From Asterionella formosa (lineage: Eukaryota): 37,493 bases of DNA. The position numbers were made by a program, and so were the translations under genes. The notes under the pieces were generated by a model that was not told the DNA's origin, searched no databases, and worked only from the letters and a program-made list of their open reading frames with translations. How positions within the stretch are numbered: position 1 is the first letter of the stretch; the number at the start of each line of letters is the position of its first letter. This document shows positions 33,534 through 37,493 of this stretch, one piece after another. The stretch spans positions 1-37,493 of the forward strand of contig NKIB01015225.1 of the NCBI GenBank assembly GCA_002256025.1, given 5' to 3'.

Positions 33534-34468
33534 CACGTAGTTGCCAAAGATGTTTTTTTATAATCTCGACCTCCTCGTATCATCCACAGAGCGCATTCGT
33601 AGGCACTGAATCTCGACCCACTGACTAGAAAGGCCCTCACAATACTTGGAGCCACACCAGCATAGAGGCCACGAATGCCCTTGGTTCTCAGCAGATTCTG
33701 CAATACTTGTATAGCTCCGATTCTTGTGCCAGCCAATTGCTGTCCTTGCACACCTGCTCGCATGCAATCCAAGGGAAAGGACAAGAACCACGCCACCGCT
33801 CCTGCCATGCCCCCTGCCAGGGGGATGGCAACTCCGGCAGCAGCGGGTGTTTGCAAGAGCATCTCTCTCAGACCTTCATAGACAAAAAAGTACGATGCCA
33901 TGAATGCTCCTTCTCGTATTGTATTGACAGTATGTCCAGTGTAAAGCACACCAAGCCCCCCATGTTCCTTGGCAAGTACCTGGACACAATTCCACGATCC
34001 CGTGAAGCGTTTGTCGGTGACATTGTCCATTTGCATCTGCGTCTTGACAAGATTCTCCACCGTCGATACGATTCCAAACATCGGTGCCCCGGACATGGCG
34101 GCCATTGCGTTTCGGTAGTCCCATCCATTGCGTCCTCCGTACCAATCTCTGAAGTACGAATACGACGTGAAGGAAACAGTATTTAAAATGCTTAGAGAAA
34201 TGAGTGGCGGTCCAATGCCTTTGTACAAGGCCAAGAGTCCTTCGTTTCTCAAAATGTGTGAAAAAGTAGCAATAATCCCAAGATGTGATGAACCAGTTTG
34301 TAACCTCGTCTTGACTAGGTCCAGTGGAAAGCCAATGACGGTGCCTACAATCCCAGCACTGAGACCCCCTAGAGCCTCTTCGTGCAGTTGCATGTCTTGG
34401 AAGGATTTGGTCGTCGTCATAGTGATTGGTCCGATTACAGTTGGATTTCGTCTCACTGCGTTGATCAT
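33530..34468 (-). CDS. Mitochondrial carrier (SLC25; carnitine/basic amino-acid carrier-like), ~312 aa
   Basis: Three carrier repeats: FPLDLVKTRLQ, TVENLVKTQMQ (degenerate) and FPLDCMRAGVQ, with EGLLALYKG, IREG and KGIRGLYAG..P.IVRAF. First ATG at 34468. Confidence 0.92.
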   Translation of the reverse strand: MINAVRRNPTVIGPITMTTTKSFQDMQLHEEALGGLSAGIVGTVIGFPLDLVKTRLQTGSSHLGIIATFSHILRNEGLLALYKGIGPPLISLSILNTVSFTSYSYFRDWYGGRNGWDYRNAMAAMSGAPMFGIVSTVENLVKTQMQMDNVTDKRFTGSWNCVQVLAKEHGGLGVLYTGHTVNTIREGAFMASYFFVYEGLREMLLQTPAAAGVAIPLAGGMAGAVAWFLSFPLDCMRAGVQGQQLAGTRIGAIQVLQNLLRTKGIRGLYAGVAPSIVRAFLVSGSRFSAYECALWMIRGGRDYKKTSLATTC

Positions 34469-34553
34469 GGACAAGTGCTTATACAGTCGTAGTACCTGGT
34501 ACCAATGTAATGGGACGACTCATGAGAATAAAATGGAATGGAAGGAGAAAAAC

Positions 34554-34593
34554 GATAGCGATGATGATGATGATGACGACGACGATGACGATG
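34554..34593 (+). repeat. GAT/GAC trinucleotide microsatellite upstream of the carrier gene
   Basis: GATAGCGATGATGATGATGATGACGACGACGATGACGATG. Confidence 0.9.
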
Positions 34594-35249
34594 TCAATGA
34601 GAAGAAATGACGAGGAGTCGAAGAGGCAGATGGATGACAAGAAAATGAAATTTATTTCGGTTCGAATGATAAGAAACCGCTACCAGTAGTCTTACCAGCA
34701 TGTACCAGGTTACCAGGTAGACTACCTGGTACCCTGGTACCTGTTTGTAAAAAGCGACTGGTATATTACCACCAGGTAAGCAACAACAAGATTATAATTG
34801 TACACAAATACCAGGTACTCCAGGTACATACCAGCTACCCTGGTCCTTGGGAAGGTCCGCTTATCGAGATATTTAGCTTAATCTTGATAAGAACAACCCT
34901 AAATTAGTAAAAACGTGGTTTACTAACCTTCCTCTGGTTGGACCAGTTACCAGGTACCGAACCGGTAGCCATGATGAGATATGTTATGTACTGTATAATG
35001 TTTGGGGTGGCGATCACTTGTAGCGCGCCAAAATTCCTAAACGTTGCATTCGCATAAAAAAGGGATGCGCCACGATTGTCATCCCATGATACACCATCAT
35101 TACTGGTAGATCCATCATGTGGTAAAGTTTAGCTGGGTTCATTATTCTTACCACACGAATTTTACTTGTGTCACTTTGAAGAAAAATCAAATTTCGTTTT
35201 CTCTCTCCATTTACATTTATATCAACAGCCATCACACAGCCCTTTCACA

Positions 35250-35837
35250 ATGAACTTTGGACAGCGCTCTCGTGATTTATTACTTGACCTGAAACGAAGT
35301 GAAGGAAGTAGTTTGCCCTCCTATGACGATGACAGCGTTCGAAGTATTCTTATTGAAATCCAATGGCATCTGGACGAACTGGAATCCTTACTCCAATCCT
35401 ACAATAACCACGACAAGCCTCCGATGGAAGCGAGACCAGCACTGTTATTACATGATGCTTCCATTCGTCGCAACAAACGAGCGTTGTTGGCGTACCAGAA
35501 TTATCGCATTACCAAGGTCAAGACAGTATCATCAACTCTCAACAACGTTTCAACATGCCTGTCAGAACAAGAAATTGATTTCATGACTGCCTACGAAACG
35601 TTGAGAGCGAACTACTCGGAGGCATCTGGTCTCATTCTTACGGAACATGTTATGCCACCAACGAGTAATGCCATGATTCAGATCCGTGTCAAAGTGTCAT
35701 TGGGAACGATTGTGACGGAAAGTGGAATATCTGTCAACCTGGAACAGGGTTCCTTACATTATTTACCCAGGGCCGACGTTGAAGAGTGGATCCGTAGAGG
35801 ACTGCTGGAGCAAGTTGACGGGGAAGAGATGTGCTAG
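35250..35837 (+). CDS. PSF1: GINS complex subunit Psf1 (GINS1), 195 aa
   Basis: LPSYDDDSVR, SIRRNKRALLAY..YRI.KV, LSEQE.DF..Y, PP...IQIRV...GTIVTESG.SVNL..GS.HYL.RADVE.WIRRG.L. First ATG at 35250. Confidence 0.93.
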   Translation: MNFGQRSRDLLLDLKRSEGSSLPSYDDDSVRSILIEIQWHLDELESLLQSYNNHDKPPMEARPALLLHDASIRRNKRALLAYQNYRITKVKTVSSTLNNVSTCLSEQEIDFMTAYETLRANYSEASGLILTEHVMPPTSNAMIQIRVKVSLGTIVTESGISVNLEQGSLHYLPRADVEEWIRRGLLEQVDGEEMC

Positions 35838-36204
35838 TATAGTTGATAAATAACTATCCGTGAGGATTCTGTAACCTTCATTGTGATGGCCATCAGTATT
35901 GTAGGGCAGTGGCTATGACGATAGATTTACACCCGGTAGTCAAACCTCTATGATGCCTCTATCTGTAGATCGCATTGCTTTTCACGGGCGTATTAGTCTA
36001 CCGGTACTTGTTGCATACCGGGATCAGGTACACATGTTGATCATGACGGCATGATCGTTGAACAAAACTGGAATATCGGTACATAGTGTGAATGAAGATA
36101 CCGGTAGGACGACGGACAGGTAAGAATTCGTGGAGAGGATTACTAAGAGATTTACCGGTACAGTACTTGTATTTCAGCGACTCGGCATAATCAAAACGTC
36201 GACG

Positions 36205-36668
36205 ATGCGCTTTTCTTCGATTCTAGGCTTTTGCAGTCTAGCACATTCGTCAGCACTCGCTGAACATGTGTACACTCGAAGATCCTTCGTTGCAAAGGCC
36301 TCTTTACTTTCTGGTGCTATGCTCGTTGGAGAAAGCGTCAATGCCTGTAAGTCAGCATCTATCGAGAATGTTCAAGAATGTTTACTTTTGTGGTACTCAC
36401 CTTCGTACCATGTTTTTTCATTCAAGATGATCGAGATGTTGGTGGTACGGACATGTCATCGACGACAGCGGCCATGAATATCCAAGCCAAGGAGACGAAT
36501 GCTCGTTTGGAGCAAGGTGGGTTCAAGCTAGACACTAAAGAAGAAGAACAAAGTCGCTTGAGTAGCGCTCTTGCTTCCTTTTCTTACGATGCCAGTAGTG
36601 CACCCAAAGGAACACAAACTTTAGGTGGTAAAGGATACAGCAATAAATCAAACGCAGCTAAAAAGTGA
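36205..36668 (+). CDS. Small predicted thylakoid-lumen protein of unknown function, 2 exons (36205-36346, 36427-36668), ~127 aa
   Basis: An 80-nt intron GTAAGT...TTCAAG joins the two track ORFs in frame (VNA-Y-DRDVGG). The leader has a signal peptide (SSA|L), a TRRSF twin-arginine and a hydrophobic stretch ending VNA. Confidence 0.75.
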
Positions 36669-37054
36669 ACCAATCGGTGAACTCAGACGTTAGATGCCAA
36701 GGGGTATCAAAATTTTCAAACATGTCCAGAAGAAGTGAACCATCAAGGACAACATCAATGACTTTACCAGTTTGATGACAAGAGCACAAATTTCTTTTAC
36801 CAGATAATCATATTACTTTGAGACTCTTTGTGAATGTGTAAATGCCTCGTGAAAAATTGATTGAATTCTAGTGGAATTCACTTTGTTCCATCACTATACC
36901 TGTCGCCATCCTGGTTGGCAAGCAGAAACCTTCATCCAAATAAAATTGTCCTCCCCATGCCATTAAATCATTGACCAAACTTTGTATCTAAGCTGTTAAT
37001 GGATTATCATCTTGTCAGGAGAGTTGCTTGTGGATACATCATGAGGCTCTTCCT

Positions 37055-37279
37055 TTCTGTACTTTCTTGCTGAGTCCTAAATCCTAAATCCTGACAACTA
37101 TGTATTGGACCTACATCCTACTTTAACCAACAATTGTATCTAAGCATATGGAAAGGGTGTCCAATGGTGGAAGCTCTGTTGAGCATTTAAAAAAAATTCA
37201 AATTACGTGTTTGATTAGTCTGAATCAATATTGTTTCTTAACCTTACCTCGAGCTAGCGGTTCAAATCCAGGAACCTTA
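37055..37279. repeat. Dispersed repeat, copy 2 (partner at 1953-2181)
   Basis: Same collinear blocks as 1953-2181, same orientation, both ending GGTTCAAATCCAGGAACCTTA. Confidence 0.85.
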
Positions 37280-37367
37280 CTAACGTCAAATTTATGAAAT
37301 GCATAGAGTTTTTTACGAATATATACATATGTTACATTTATACCACGACTGATGTATGAATTCCTTA

Positions 37368-37493
37368 GGGCCGTTCTTATCATTCTGTTATTTGTTGTCA
37401 TTGGTGTATCATCGCCGAAATATGATACAAAAATGGCGGTTTGGTTTTTTTTTGTGTATCACCAACGGTTTTTTTGGTCTGATCACCGGTGTA
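37368..37493 (+). mobile_element. Possible left end of a PIF/Harbinger-like DNA element, truncated by the window edge
   Basis: TTA followed by GGGCCGTTC, then repeated TGTATCA/TGATACA-like subterminal motifs. The other end is not visible. Confidence 0.3.

Noticed and set aside
34128..34610. 160-aa ORF with a poly-Asp tail
   Set aside because: It is the antisense shadow of the carrier gene running into a GAT/GAC microsatellite.
34860..34890. Hairpin CTTATCGAGAT/ATCTTGATAAG around ATTTAGCTTA, resembling the MITE interior
   Set aside because: Too short and lacks the MITE TIR, so it cannot be distinguished from chance.

Overview
This window is eukaryotic nuclear DNA, very probably from a diatom. 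Evidence: short GT-AG introns with CTAAC/CTGAC-like branch points, bipartite plastid-targeting leaders of the ASAF type, and retrotransposon remnants resembling diatom CoDi Ty1/copia elements. Gene-dense islands encode an organellar tyrosyl-tRNA synthetase, a PX-domain protein, a SAP-domain INCENP-like protein, a 3-ketoacyl-CoA thiolase, mitochondrial PDH E1-beta, a Nudix hydrolase, a RidA-family protein, a copine, a mitochondrial carrier, GINS Psf1, and several plastid/lumen proteins of unknown function. These islands alternate with CpG-poor transposon debris (about 1-2.2k, 3.7-9k, 21.5-24.3k, 29.2-31.1k and 36.7k-end). The most notable unexplained signals are four. (1) A palindromic TACC(W)GGTA/GGTACC motif clusters in all four short head-to-head intergenic regions and other gene 5' flanks, but not in convergent spacers. 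(2) A compact multi-helix structured element lies at 4158-4278. (3) A ~90-bp MITE family and an exactly 20-bp-phased motif array are present. (4) Copine and the mitochondrial carrier have interlocked stop codons. I found no tRNA, rRNA or CRISPR array. All family assignments come from recognising motifs by eye; no database search was run.
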